Below, one piece after another: positions 54,566 to 63,597 of a stretch of DNA of 64,000 nucleotides. The notes under the pieces were generated by a model that made no database searches, was not told the origin of the DNA, and was given only the letters and a program-made list of their open reading frames with translations. Within the stretch, counting starts at the first letter, position 1. Each line of letters begins with the position of its first letter. Made by a program: the position numbers and the translations under genes. The DNA lies in contig CAXXNR010000001.1 of NCBI GenBank assembly GCA_963666135.2, positions 1,513,853-1,577,852 of the forward strand, written 5' to 3'. This stretch comes from Fimbriimonadaceae bacterium. GTDB taxonomy: Bacteria; Armatimonadota; Fimbriimonadia; Fimbriimonadales; Fimbriimonadaceae.

Positions 54566-55972
54566 ATGAAGCAGTTCCTCATCGAAAAAGGCGTCCCATC
54601 GGTTGTCGCTCTGATAGCGATAGGCGCAATGGCAGCTTGGTTTAAGAGCTATAGCCAAGACCTCGGCATCAAAGACCGGCCGCTTGGCATCGAGCTCTCA
54701 GAGAGGAAGCAGGCCGAACCGGAACCGACGCAGACCAACCAAGCCGCGCCTCAAGCCTCCCAAGTAACCGCAAATCCGGCTGCGACCATTGAAGATCTGC
54801 CCGGAGAATGGACACAGTTTCGTGGACCGAACGCCGATAACGTCAGTCCCGAAACGACTCCCTTAACCAGCCTATTCCCAGCACAAGGTCCGCCTTTGCT
54901 GTGGGCTGCCGACATGGGCGAAGGATATGCCGCGGCTGCGGTCCATAAGGGCCGCGTGTTCGTCCTCGACTACGACACTCCCACTCGTTCGGATGTATTG
55001 AGATGCCTCTCGCTGGCGAACGGTCAAGAGGTTTGGCGGCGTAGCTATCCAGTAGTGGTGAAGCGCAACCATGGTATGTCACGAACTGTTCCAGCCGTGA
55101 ACGATAAATACGTCGTCACGCTTGGACCGAAGTGCCACCTCATGGTTTGCGATCCAGTCACGGGCAAAGAGTTTTGGCGCAAAGACCTGGTCGCTGAGTT
55201 CGGAGTCGAAGTGCCCCAATGGTATGCAGGCGAGTGCCCGATCATCGACGGCAACAACGTCATCGTCGGCACGGGCGGCAAAGCGCTAATGGTGGCGTTC
55301 GACCTCGCCACAGGCAAGCCGGCCTGGAAAACTCCGAATCCTAAAGGCTGGAAGATGACGCACAGCACCATCGTCAAAACGACCTTCCAAGGCAAGCCGA
55401 TTTACATATGGTGCGCCAATGAAGGCGTTGTCGGCGTTTCGGCCGAGGACGGCAAGCTGTTGTGGGAGACCGAGGAGTGGAAGGTCAGTACGGCGACGGT
55501 ACCGACTCCAATACCGATTGGCGATGGTCGACTCTTTATTTGTGGCGGCTACGATTCTGGCGCGGCGATGTTTCAGATAACGGCTGCCGGACTCAAGCTT
55601 CTTTATCGAGTGGCGTCGAAGGAGTTCGGCAGCGACCAGCAGACGCCGGTGCTTTACAAGAATTACATCTATGGCGTGACGCCCGACAAGAGCCTAACGT
55701 GCCTTACCCTCGACGGTAAAGTTGCATGGAAAAGCGGATCGACAACGAACTTCGGCCTCGGACCGTATCTCATCGCCGACGGCAAGATTTTTGTGCTCGA
55801 CGATAAAGGCACGCTCACAATCGCCGAGGTGTCTCCCAAAGGGTACAAGCCTCTGGCTCAAGCTAAGGTCCTTCAAGGGCCGGACGCGTGGGGGCCGATG
55901 GCGCTTGTTGGCGGGCGCTTAATCTGCAGAGACTTGAAAAGGATGGTTTGCTTGGATGTTTCGAAGAAATAG
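54566..55972 (+). CDS. membrane-anchored PQQ-like (BamB-type) beta-propeller protein
   Basis: N-terminal TM helix (VPSVVALIAIGAMAAW), a low-complexity linker, WTQFRGPNADNVS, then repeated G..(L/V)W(R/K) blade motifs. Confidence 0.75.
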   Translation: MKQFLIEKGVPSVVALIAIGAMAAWFKSYSQDLGIKDRPLGIELSERKQAEPEPTQTNQAAPQASQVTANPAATIEDLPGEWTQFRGPNADNVSPETTPLTSLFPAQGPPLLWAADMGEGYAAAAVHKGRVFVLDYDTPTRSDVLRCLSLANGQEVWRRSYPVVVKRNHGMSRTVPAVNDKYVVTLGPKCHLMVCDPVTGKEFWRKDLVAEFGVEVPQWYAGECPIIDGNNVIVGTGGKALMVAFDLATGKPAWKTPNPKGWKMTHSTIVKTTFQGKPIYIWCANEGVVGVSAEDGKLLWETEEWKVSTATVPTPIPIGDGRLFICGGYDSGAAMFQITAAGLKLLYRVASKEFGSDQQTPVLYKNYIYGVTPDKSLTCLTLDGKVAWKSGSTTNFGLGPYLIADGKIFVLDDKGTLTIAEVSPKGYKPLAQAKVLQGPDAWGPMALVGGRLICRDLKRMVCLDVSKK

Positions 55973-56867
55973 CCTGATCTTAATCGGAATATTGGTCCTG
56001 GCCGGTTGTTCGCCAAAAGGCGGCAACGGCAACGTCTCAAAAGTCGATCCCAACTCTCCCGAGCCGACATACGGCAAAGAGCTACAGTTCGACGTTCCGC
56101 TTGAGAAGCCAACGGGACTGGCTAAGACGGACAACGCGATCTATGTCGTTGGCGATCGGCAATTGCTTAAGTTTGACTTGAAAGGCAAACTCGCAGAAAC
56201 GATTGACGCGCCCGATGAGCCTACATGCGTTACCGTGAGTCCGAATGGCAGAGTGTTTCTTGCCGGACTCAATAGGGTCTACGAGCTCATTGACGGACAG
56301 GTTCAACCTCTTCTGGTTCTTTCATCAGGAAAGGCGCATATCACCTCTATATCATCGTCGCCTACCTATTTGTGGATAGCGGACGCTGGCTCAAGGAGGG
56401 TTATGAGAGCCGAGCTGAGAACGCTGGCTCTAACTGAGTACGGCCAGAAGACCAAAGACTATCCGGGCTTGATCGTTCCCAGCCCGCACCTTGATGTGGC
56501 CGTACTCGGCAATGAAGACGTCATCTGGACCAACCCCGGCGCGCACCGGTTTGAACAGCATGACAAAGATGGAAAGCTTCTGAAGGCCTGGGGTAAGGCG
56601 TCCCAGGATCTAGACGGTTTCTGCGGATGCTGCAATCCGACCGACGTGGCTCGGTTCATGGACAACACGATCATCACATCGGAGAAAGGTCTGCCGCGCA
56701 TCAAAACCTATTGGCGAGGCAAGTTCGACAACGTGGTAGCGCCAGCTAGCGCTCGATCTGAGAAGGCTGCCGGCATCGACTTAGCTGCCGACAGCACGCG
56801 CATTTATGCCCTAGATCCGTTCGCCAAGAATGTCACCGTCTACATTCATAAGGATAAGCTCAAATGA
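55956..56867 (+). CDS. NHL/six-bladed-propeller-like lipoprotein with CGCC motif
   Basis: LILIGILVLAGC is a lipobox. Repeated beta-strand blades are visible (IYVVGD, RVFLAG, LWIADAG, VIWTNPG). It carries a DGFCGCCNPTDVA Cys cluster and overlaps the previous gene by 17 nt. Confidence 0.55.
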   Translation: MFRRNSLILIGILVLAGCSPKGGNGNVSKVDPNSPEPTYGKELQFDVPLEKPTGLAKTDNAIYVVGDRQLLKFDLKGKLAETIDAPDEPTCVTVSPNGRVFLAGLNRVYELIDGQVQPLLVLSSGKAHITSISSSPTYLWIADAGSRRVMRAELRTLALTEYGQKTKDYPGLIVPSPHLDVAVLGNEDVIWTNPGAHRFEQHDKDGKLLKAWGKASQDLDGFCGCCNPTDVARFMDNTIITSEKGLPRIKTYWRGKFDNVVAPASARSEKAAGIDLAADSTRIYALDPFAKNVTVYIHKDKLK

Positions 56868-57076
56868 AGGAAAGCAAGCAGACATCGCGGCGCGAATTCC
56901 TCTTGGGCCTTGTCCGATGGGGTGCGATTGCTGGAGCCGCAGGAGTTGCCGTAAAGCTAACCGCTAAAGACGGCGAGACCTGCACGAACCTAGGCATTTG
57001 CAGCTCGTGCGGACGGTTTGATGGATGCGGATTGCCGCAAGCACTTTCAGCCAAAGCAACGCAACGTGAATCATGA
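56864..57076 (+). CDS. 70-aa Tat-signal mini-protein with Cys-rich mature part
   Basis: SRREFLLGLVRWGAIAGAAGVAV is a twin-arginine leader. The mature part is about 35 aa with CTNLGICSSCGRFDGC (Cx5Cx2Cx5C). ATGA overlaps occur at both ends. Confidence 0.6.
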   Translation: MKESKQTSRREFLLGLVRWGAIAGAAGVAVKLTAKDGETCTNLGICSSCGRFDGCGLPQALSAKATQRES

Positions 57077-57636
57077 GCGAACAAGGCGAGAAGAGAACGA
57101 GGCGAGAAGTCCTGAGAGAAGGGATACGGCTGGGCGGCCTGATCACAGTCAGCGCAACGCTCGGTTCATTCGCGTCAAGATCTTCCGCCGAAGGAACCGT
57201 TTGGCAGATCGACCCGTATCTCTGCGTCCAATGTGAAAAGTGCGGCACGGAATGCGTTCTCGAGCCTTCCGCGGTCAAGTGCGTGCATGCTTATGCAATG
57301 TGCGGCTACTGCCAGCTTTGCTTCGGACTTTACCGCGATCAGAGAACAGGGAACGAGATTGCCGCCGAAAACAACCGCTGTCCGACCGACGCCATTAAGC
57401 GCAACTTTATTGAGGATCCGTATTACGAGATGTCGATCGACGAGTCGCTGTGCGTCGGCTGTTCCCGGTGCGTCAAAGGATGCAACCAGTTCGGCAATGG
57501 GTCGATGCACTTGCAGATTCGGCACGACCGTTGCGTCAACTGCAACCAGTGCGCCATCGCCCAGCATTGCCCAGCAGGGGCTATCAAGCGCGTGCCTGCC
57601 TCTCAGCCGTACTTGTTCAAGACGGTGAAGAAATGA
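57073..57636 (+). CDS. Tat-exported polyferredoxin (NapG/MauM/DmsB-like, four Cys motifs)
   Basis: TRREVLREGIRLGGLITV is the leader. Four Cys motifs follow: CVQCEKCGTEC, CGYCQLC...CP, CVGCSRCVKGC and CVNCNQCAIAQHCP. Confidence 0.75.
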   Translation: MSEQGEKRTRREVLREGIRLGGLITVSATLGSFASRSSAEGTVWQIDPYLCVQCEKCGTECVLEPSAVKCVHAYAMCGYCQLCFGLYRDQRTGNEIAAENNRCPTDAIKRNFIEDPYYEMSIDESLCVGCSRCVKGCNQFGNGSMHLQIRHDRCVNCNQCAIAQHCPAGAIKRVPASQPYLFKTVKK

Positions 57637-57764
57637 GGGGCTTGCGATTGCCCTCTCTCTTGAGAAGTGGGAAGGAACCAGGTATCGCTGGCAACTTAAG
57701 AACGAGCCAATGTGATTTGAACGCGGAACTGCAGCCTCTGGATGTATCGCATCATATGAGTGCT

Positions 57765-57862
57765 GTCATTCCGAGCGCGGCGAGGAAACTGAGTGGACTC
57801 ATGGCCAGTAGCTGCTATCAGGAAGCGCCCGCACTCAGATCCCTCGCCGCGCTCGGGATGAC
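57765..57862. repeat. roughly 100-nt hairpin repeat in the only sizeable gap of the operon
   Basis: The arms GTCATTCCGAGCGCGGCGAGGAA (57765-57787) and TCCCTCGCCGCGCTCGGGATGAC (57840-57862) are complementary at 21 of 23 positions. The stem is extended by CTGAGTG/CACTCAG. A related arm, GTCATCCTGAGCGTTAGCGAAGGACC, is at 17407-17432. Confidence 0.75.
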
Positions 57863-59282
57863 ACGGAGTGAAGCTAGACAACTCCCCAGCAACGACTTTC
57901 CGGCAACCTCTCTAGCTGGACAGGCAAACGCGGCTACAGGTCGACGACAGAATGGTCAGGGAGTGGGGAAGCTAGTAGCGGCTGCCGCCCTGCTCGCATT
58001 AACACCCCTTACCTACGCCCAAGAACAGTCCCGCCAAGATCCGCCCGACTTCACTTCGGGTTATGCGCTGCCGTCGCCGACAGCACCCGGGCCGCGCGCT
58101 GACCTATTCGGATACATCGACGTCGCTGTTCTCATGCTTGTCATGGCTCTTTGTGCTTTCTTCCTTTTGCGCAAACGGTCGAGGCGAGAAATCCAGGTCC
58201 TATCGATCTTCTCGCTCCTCTATTTTGGATTCTATCGTCTTGGCTGCGTGTGCTCGGTCGGCTCGGTACAGAATATCGCTTTGGCTCTAGGCGACAATAA
58301 ATACGCCGTGCCGTTTACCGTCATGGCGTTTTTCCTGCTCCCATTGGTCTTTACGCTGTTCTTTGGACGGGTGTTTTGCGGATCTGCCTGCCCGCTCGGG
58401 GCGATGCAGGATCTTGTGGCGTTCAAACCGCGAAAAGTGCATCCGGGCCTGGATCGCGGGCTCGGAATCTTGCCTTATGTCTGGCTGGCGATCGGCGTGT
58501 TCTTCGCCTACGAAGGCGCGGCGTTCTTCATTTGCGAATACGATCCCTTTGTCGGTTTCTTTCGGCTGAGTATGCGCTCCGGCGTGTTTTGGGTAAGCAT
58601 CGTCTTTCTGGTTCTGAGCGTCTTTGTCGGCCGACCCTATTGCCGGTTCCTTTGCCCCTATGGCGGTTTGCTTAGGCTGATCAATCCGCTGGCTAAGTGG
58701 AAGGTCAGCATCACGCCAAACGAGTGCATCAATTGCCACCTATGCGCTGAAGCGTGTCCGTTTGGATCGATCCAGCCCCCGACTTCGGCTTCGGAGGACC
58801 TAAATCGACCGAAAGCTCGTAAGCATCTCGCATGGGCGGTTCTTTCGGTGCCGATCCTTGCCGTTTTGTTCGCTGGAATTGCCTATTGGGCTGCTCCGGC
58901 TTTGGCTAGTCAACATCTGACTGTTGCCAAGGCGAAGGTCGTTTGGGAAGAAGGCAAACAACCATCAGAAAAGACGCCAGACAAGCTGCGCGCGTGGCGT
59001 AATACGGGTAGACCCGAAGGCGAACTTTACTTCGAAGCCTTAAAGGTGAAAAATAAATTCCAGGAGGATGCGCCGTACCTTGGAGGCTTTATTGGATTGA
59101 TAATCGGGCTGAGCCTTGTATCAGCAGCTAGAATAAGGAAGCGTACGCAGTATCTCGCGGACGAAGGCTGCGTATCGTGCGGCCGATGCTATTCGTCTTG
59201 TCCTGTGGAGCAAGCAAGAGTAAACCCCGATCTAGCCCCGAGGCTTGAGCAGTTGAAGAAGGAGTTAAGAGTCTTACCGTGA
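57858..59282 (+). CDS. NapH/MauN/NosR-type integral-membrane polyferredoxin
   Basis: GRVFCGSACPLGAMQD and GRPYCRFLCPYGG are CxxxCP membrane-proximal motifs. CINCHLCAEACP and CVSCGRCYSSCP are [4Fe-4S] motifs, and there are at least 6 TM helices. The start is uncertain: ATG 57858 gives a possible leader (...GRRQNGQGVGKLVAAAALLALTPLTYA). The 5' part of the track ORF (57450-) overlaps the previous gene. Confidence 0.7.
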   Translation: MTRSEARQLPSNDFPATSLAGQANAATGRRQNGQGVGKLVAAAALLALTPLTYAQEQSRQDPPDFTSGYALPSPTAPGPRADLFGYIDVAVLMLVMALCAFFLLRKRSRREIQVLSIFSLLYFGFYRLGCVCSVGSVQNIALALGDNKYAVPFTVMAFFLLPLVFTLFFGRVFCGSACPLGAMQDLVAFKPRKVHPGLDRGLGILPYVWLAIGVFFAYEGAAFFICEYDPFVGFFRLSMRSGVFWVSIVFLVLSVFVGRPYCRFLCPYGGLLRLINPLAKWKVSITPNECINCHLCAEACPFGSIQPPTSASEDLNRPKARKHLAWAVLSVPILAVLFAGIAYWAAPALASQHLTVAKAKVVWEEGKQPSEKTPDKLRAWRNTGRPEGELYFEALKVKNKFQEDAPYLGGFIGLIIGLSLVSAARIRKRTQYLADEGCVSCGRCYSSCPVEQARVNPDLAPRLEQLKKELRVLP

Positions 59283-61225
59283 GCAGCGCCAACCAACAGA
59301 TAAACGGTTCCAAAAGCTGGGAAAGAGCCATGGCGGCAGCGAGCTGGGTCGCCATCGTCTTCTGCGCTGTCGTAGCGATCGCTATAGCCGTAACCACATT
59401 CAACGCGCGCAAGTACGATCCGCTGGCCACCACTCTCCTTGAGAACAAGCTGCTCGCCCTCAATCGCGACCCCAAGAACGAGACCCTTCGGCTTGAAGCC
59501 CGTAAACTGGACCTGCAGATAAGGCAAACTTACTTCCAGCGCCAAGCCTTTGCAGTCAACGGCTTCTACTTGATACTCGCCGGAGCAGCCGTATTCTTCT
59601 TGGCCAACGAGGCAAGAAAGGCGATTCGTCGTTCCGTGCCCTTGCCTAAACCTTCTTCATCCGAGTTTGAAGAAAGAACGAGCGCAGGCGCAAGGCGATC
59701 GGTCGCTGTTCTTGGAGTGTTGCTTGGTGGGGGATTGATCACCTTAGCGGCCGTCTCAAGACACGACTCGGCAGCCGAGTATGCAAAGGAAGCCATTAAA
59801 CCGGCTAAGAAAGTCGCGGCTTCCGCTTCGACTGAAGGAACACAGCCCGACGGCCAAGGCGGAACGGCGCTTCAGCCGCTGGCTCTTCCGGGCATTTCCG
59901 GTCCAATTGGTAGCGGTCTACCCTCTGGAGGAGGAACGCTGAACTCCGGATCGACCGGCGGCGGAACGAACCTGGAGCCGGTCAAGGGCGGCGGAGGCGG
60001 CGCAACTACAAAGGCGGCCCAGCCGTCTGCCCAGCCCATCGAAGCGTACGTTCAAGATTCGCTGAAGAACGATTGGCCGTCGTTTCGCGGTCCCGGCGGC
60101 ATCGGCGTTGCCTTGAACGCTAAGCCGATGACCGATTGGTCGCCGACCAGCAACATACTCTGGAAAGCCAAGATCGACCTGCCGGGTTGGAACTCACCGA
60201 TCGTGGTTGGCGGCAAAGTGTTCCTAGCCGGTGCGGATAAGTCAAAGCGCACGGTCTATTGCTTCAACTCGATCAACGGCGATGAGGTTTGGCGAAAGGA
60301 CGTGCCTTCCACCACCAAGGATGCCCCGCAGGTTCTGGACGACACAGGATATGCGCCTTCGACCATGGCCTCGGACGGCCAGCGCGTGTTCGCTATCTTT
60401 CCAAACGGCGATGTCTACGGGTTCGACCTAGAAGGCAAGCAGCTCTGGCAGAAAGCGCTTGGCATGCCGTCTAATGTTTATGGCCATGCGACATCGCTTG
60501 TTGTATACGGCAGCGGACTTCTCATCCAGTTCGACCAAGGCACGGCTCCCGAAGACGGCAAGTCGAAGCTGATCGCCCTAGAATGCGCGACGGGCAAGGT
60601 GGCATGGGAAGTGAAGCGGCCGGTAGCGGGCTCGTGGTCCACGCCGCTGGTAATCAAGGTCGGCGGCAAAGAGCAGATCATTACGACTTCGAATCCGCTG
60701 GCCATCGCTTATGATGCAGCTTCAGGCAACGAGCTTTGGCGCGTCGAGTGCCTAAGCGGCGACGTCGCCCCTTCGCCTGCATTCGGCTCTGGCTTTGTAC
60801 ATGTTGCCAACTTGGGTTCATACATGTCGGCGCTAAGGCCCGACCTCAAGGGCGACATCGCCAAGACAGGCATCGGCTGGCAATCGCAAGATGACTTGCC
60901 CGACATAACGAGCCTTCTTTGCCATCATGACCTGCTTTACCTTCTGACGACTGAGGGCGTTCTTACATGCGTGGACGCTAAAACCGGCAAGAAGGTCTGG
61001 AACCACAACTATAACGAGCGTTTCAACGCCTCGCCGATCTTCGCCGACGGCAAAGTTTACTTGATGGAGATCAGCGGCAAAGCGCACATTTTGGAGGCTG
61101 GCCGCGCTTACAAAGAAATCGGATCGCCTTCGATTGGTGAGGAGGTTCGCGCGACTCCAGCATTCGTCAGCGACCGAGTCTACATCCGCGGCAAGCAGCA
61201 TTTGTTCTGCATCGGAGGTCTATGA
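59279..61225 (+). CDS. PQQ-like beta-propeller protein with three N-terminal TM helices and Gly-rich linker
   Basis: The GTG start overlaps the upstream stop (GTGA). TM segments are followed by WPSFRGPGGIGVA and repeated G.(E/K)(V/L)W(R/K/Q) blades. It is a paralog of 54566-55972. Confidence 0.75.
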   Translation: MSSANQQINGSKSWERAMAAASWVAIVFCAVVAIAIAVTTFNARKYDPLATTLLENKLLALNRDPKNETLRLEARKLDLQIRQTYFQRQAFAVNGFYLILAGAAVFFLANEARKAIRRSVPLPKPSSSEFEERTSAGARRSVAVLGVLLGGGLITLAAVSRHDSAAEYAKEAIKPAKKVAASASTEGTQPDGQGGTALQPLALPGISGPIGSGLPSGGGTLNSGSTGGGTNLEPVKGGGGGATTKAAQPSAQPIEAYVQDSLKNDWPSFRGPGGIGVALNAKPMTDWSPTSNILWKAKIDLPGWNSPIVVGGKVFLAGADKSKRTVYCFNSINGDEVWRKDVPSTTKDAPQVLDDTGYAPSTMASDGQRVFAIFPNGDVYGFDLEGKQLWQKALGMPSNVYGHATSLVVYGSGLLIQFDQGTAPEDGKSKLIALECATGKVAWEVKRPVAGSWSTPLVIKVGGKEQIITTSNPLAIAYDAASGNELWRVECLSGDVAPSPAFGSGFVHVANLGSYMSALRPDLKGDIAKTGIGWQSQDDLPDITSLLCHHDLLYLLTTEGVLTCVDAKTGKKVWNHNYNERFNASPIFADGKVYLMEISGKAHILEAGRAYKEIGSPSIGEEVRATPAFVSDRVYIRGKQHLFCIGGL

Positions 61226-63597
61226 AGCCTAGGATCGAAACGGCGCACGAAGATTCGATTTCCTATGTCGACCAGCTCGTCCAGCAGCTTGGCCGCGGGG
61301 AAGAGAACGCCATTCCGATCTTGCAGGCCATCCAAAAGCGCTACCGTTTCCTTCCCGAAGAAGCGCTTCGCCGCGTCGCCGAATCGACTCATATAACGCC
61401 CGCTACAATCCAGGGCATCGCATCGTTCTATTCGATGTTTCGGCTCAGGCCGGTCGGCAAGCACATCGTCAGCGTCTGCCACGGCACCGCCTGCCACGTC
61501 AAAGGATCGGTGTTGATTGAAGATTCGATCCGCCGCCATCTGAAGCTTAACGGCACAGAAGACACCGATAAGGACGGCACCTTTACCCTCGCTAAAGTCG
61601 CTTGTCTGGGTTGTTGCACGCTCGCGCCGGTGGTTCAAATCGACGGCGTGACTTACGGCCATCTGACTCCAGAAACCGCACAAAAGGCGTTGAACGACTT
61701 CCTTCGTTTAGAAAAGAAGGGCTTGGTTGCCGATTCCTTTGATGTTGGCCGCGAACACAAAAACGGCTTAACCGAGGTTCGAATAGGCGTTGGCTCGTGC
61801 TGCGTCGCAGGCGGAAGCATGAAGGTCGGAGAAGCGCTGATCGATGCTTTGAAATCGACTGGAGCCAAAGCGGTCGTCAAGCCAGTCGGCTGCGTGGGCA
61901 TGTGCCACCAGACGCCGTTAGTCGAGATTGCCAAGAACGGCAGCCGAACCGGACTCTATGCCAAGGTGAAGCCGGGAGACGCCGAAGCGATCATCCGCAA
62001 GCACTTTAGACCGCGCGGCATCGCCGGCTTGCTGAAGTCGGCGTGGACCGGCTCGCTAGATCGGATGTTGGAAGTCGACGTTGATGAAGATCCGCTGACA
62101 CGATATGCCATCGATGCTCGCGATCCCCAAGTGTGCGCGTTCCTCGGTCCACAAAAGCACATCGCAACGGAGTTTTGCGGGGCGATTGACCCGCTTGATC
62201 TGGATGAATATCTCTCGCATGACGGCTTCGACGGCTTGACTAAGGTGCTTGAAGACAACAATCCTCAGGCCATCATCGACGAAGTGAAGACTGCCGGTCT
62301 GCGCGGACGAGGCGGCGCGGGATTTCCAACAGGACGCAAGTGGGACCTGACGCGCAACGCCAAGTCGTCCAAGAAATATGTGGTTGTAAACGGCGACGAG
62401 GGCGATCCGGGCGCATTTATGGACAGGATGCTACTCGAGTCCTATCCCTACCGAGTGCTCGAAGGTTTAGCGATCGCAGCGTTCGCTGTCGGTGCAGACG
62501 AGGGCATTCTCTATATCCGATCCGAGTATCCACTTGCGGTCCAGCGCATCCAAGAGGCGATCAAGCGTTGCGAGGAGCGCGGCCTGCTGGGTTCGAACAT
62601 CCTCGGCAAAGGTTTCAATCTGACGTTGCGCATCATGGAAGGCGCAGGTGCATTCGTTTGCGGCGAGGAGACCGCCATGCTCGCCTCCATCGAAGGCAAA
62701 CGCGGAACGCCGACGCTTCGTCCGCCATATCCTGCAGAGAAGGGCCTTTGGGGCAAGCCGACGAACATCAACAATGTGGAGACCTATGCGTTGGTGCCTT
62801 GGATCGTGCGGCACGGCGGCCAGACCTTTGCCGAACTGGGCACCGAAACGAGCAAGGGAACGAAGGTTTTTGCCCTGACCGGCAAAGTCAAGCGCGGCGG
62901 CTTGGTCGAAGTGCCGATGGGCATCTCCATACGCGACATCGTCGAAAAGATCGGCGGCGGGGTCCTGGATGGACGTAAGTTCAAAGCGGCGCAGATCGGC
63001 GGACCTTCGGGAGGGTGCGTGCCTGAAGCATTAGCCGACACTCCCGTTGACTACGAAGCGCTGGCCAAAGTCGGCACGATGATGGGCTCAGGCGGACTGG
63101 TTGTGTTGGACGACAAGACCTGTATGGTCGACATCGCGAGGTACTTCCTCGAGTTCACCCAGAAGGAATCGTGCGGCAAGTGCACTTTCTGCCGGGTCGG
63201 AACGCGGCGCTTACTCGACATCCTCGAGGATTTCTGCTCAGGCAAGGCCAAGAAGGGCGACATCGAGAAGCTGGAGGAACTGAGCGCTCAAGTGAAGCAA
63301 GGCAGCATCTGCGGCCTTGGTCAGACAGCGCCGAATCCGGTTCTCACCACAATTCGCTACTTCCGAGATGAATATGTGGCGCACCTAGAAGGCCGCTGTC
63401 CGGCTGGAGTTTGCAAAGACCTGATCCATTACACGATCAACGACGCCTGCATCGGATGCACGAAATGCGCGCAGGCCTGCCCTGTCGGTGCGATCGAAAT
63501 GAAGCCGTTCGAGAAGCATATCGTTGACGACGCGCTTTGCACGCGATGCGATTCGTGCGTTAAGGTTTGCCCTGAGAATGCCGTGGAGGTGCGCTAG
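61222..63597 (+). CDS. fused NuoE-like [2Fe-2S] + second thioredoxin-like [2Fe-2S] + NuoF-like FMN/NADH/[4Fe-4S] + C-terminal 2x[4Fe-4S] ferredoxin (HydC-HydB/Bfu-type flavoprotein)
   Basis: VCHGTACHVKG...CLGCCTLAP is NuoE-like. SCCVAGG...GCVGMCH is the second [2Fe-2S]. GRGGAGFPTGRKW and VVNGDEGDPGAF are the NuoF FMN/NAD site. ESCGKCTFCR is the N3 cluster. CIGCTKCAQACP and CTRCDSCVKVCP are the C-terminal ferredoxin motifs. ATGA overlaps the upstream gene. Confidence 0.85.
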   Translation: MKPRIETAHEDSISYVDQLVQQLGRGEENAIPILQAIQKRYRFLPEEALRRVAESTHITPATIQGIASFYSMFRLRPVGKHIVSVCHGTACHVKGSVLIEDSIRRHLKLNGTEDTDKDGTFTLAKVACLGCCTLAPVVQIDGVTYGHLTPETAQKALNDFLRLEKKGLVADSFDVGREHKNGLTEVRIGVGSCCVAGGSMKVGEALIDALKSTGAKAVVKPVGCVGMCHQTPLVEIAKNGSRTGLYAKVKPGDAEAIIRKHFRPRGIAGLLKSAWTGSLDRMLEVDVDEDPLTRYAIDARDPQVCAFLGPQKHIATEFCGAIDPLDLDEYLSHDGFDGLTKVLEDNNPQAIIDEVKTAGLRGRGGAGFPTGRKWDLTRNAKSSKKYVVVNGDEGDPGAFMDRMLLESYPYRVLEGLAIAAFAVGADEGILYIRSEYPLAVQRIQEAIKRCEERGLLGSNILGKGFNLTLRIMEGAGAFVCGEETAMLASIEGKRGTPTLRPPYPAEKGLWGKPTNINNVETYALVPWIVRHGGQTFAELGTETSKGTKVFALTGKVKRGGLVEVPMGISIRDIVEKIGGGVLDGRKFKAAQIGGPSGGCVPEALADTPVDYEALAKVGTMMGSGGLVVLDDKTCMVDIARYFLEFTQKESCGKCTFCRVGTRRLLDILEDFCSGKAKKGDIEKLEELSAQVKQGSICGLGQTAPNPVLTTIRYFRDEYVAHLEGRCPAGVCKDLIHYTINDACIGCTKCAQACPVGAIEMKPFEKHIVDDALCTRCDSCVKVCPENAVEVR

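Noticed and set aside
57450-57857. 5' part of the 610-aa track ORF for the NapH-like protein.
   Set aside because: The first roughly 60 codons overlap the NapG-like gene out of frame, and the following codons run through a hairpin repeat. Recognisable membrane and Fe-S sequence only begins after about 57950.
56864-59282. Annotating the NapG/NapH-like pair as nap (periplasmic nitrate reductase) or mau (methylamine dehydrogenase) genes.
   Set aside because: No NapA/B/C/D or MauA/B/D/E/G homologs are present in the operon or the window. Only the electron-transfer pair architecture is shared.
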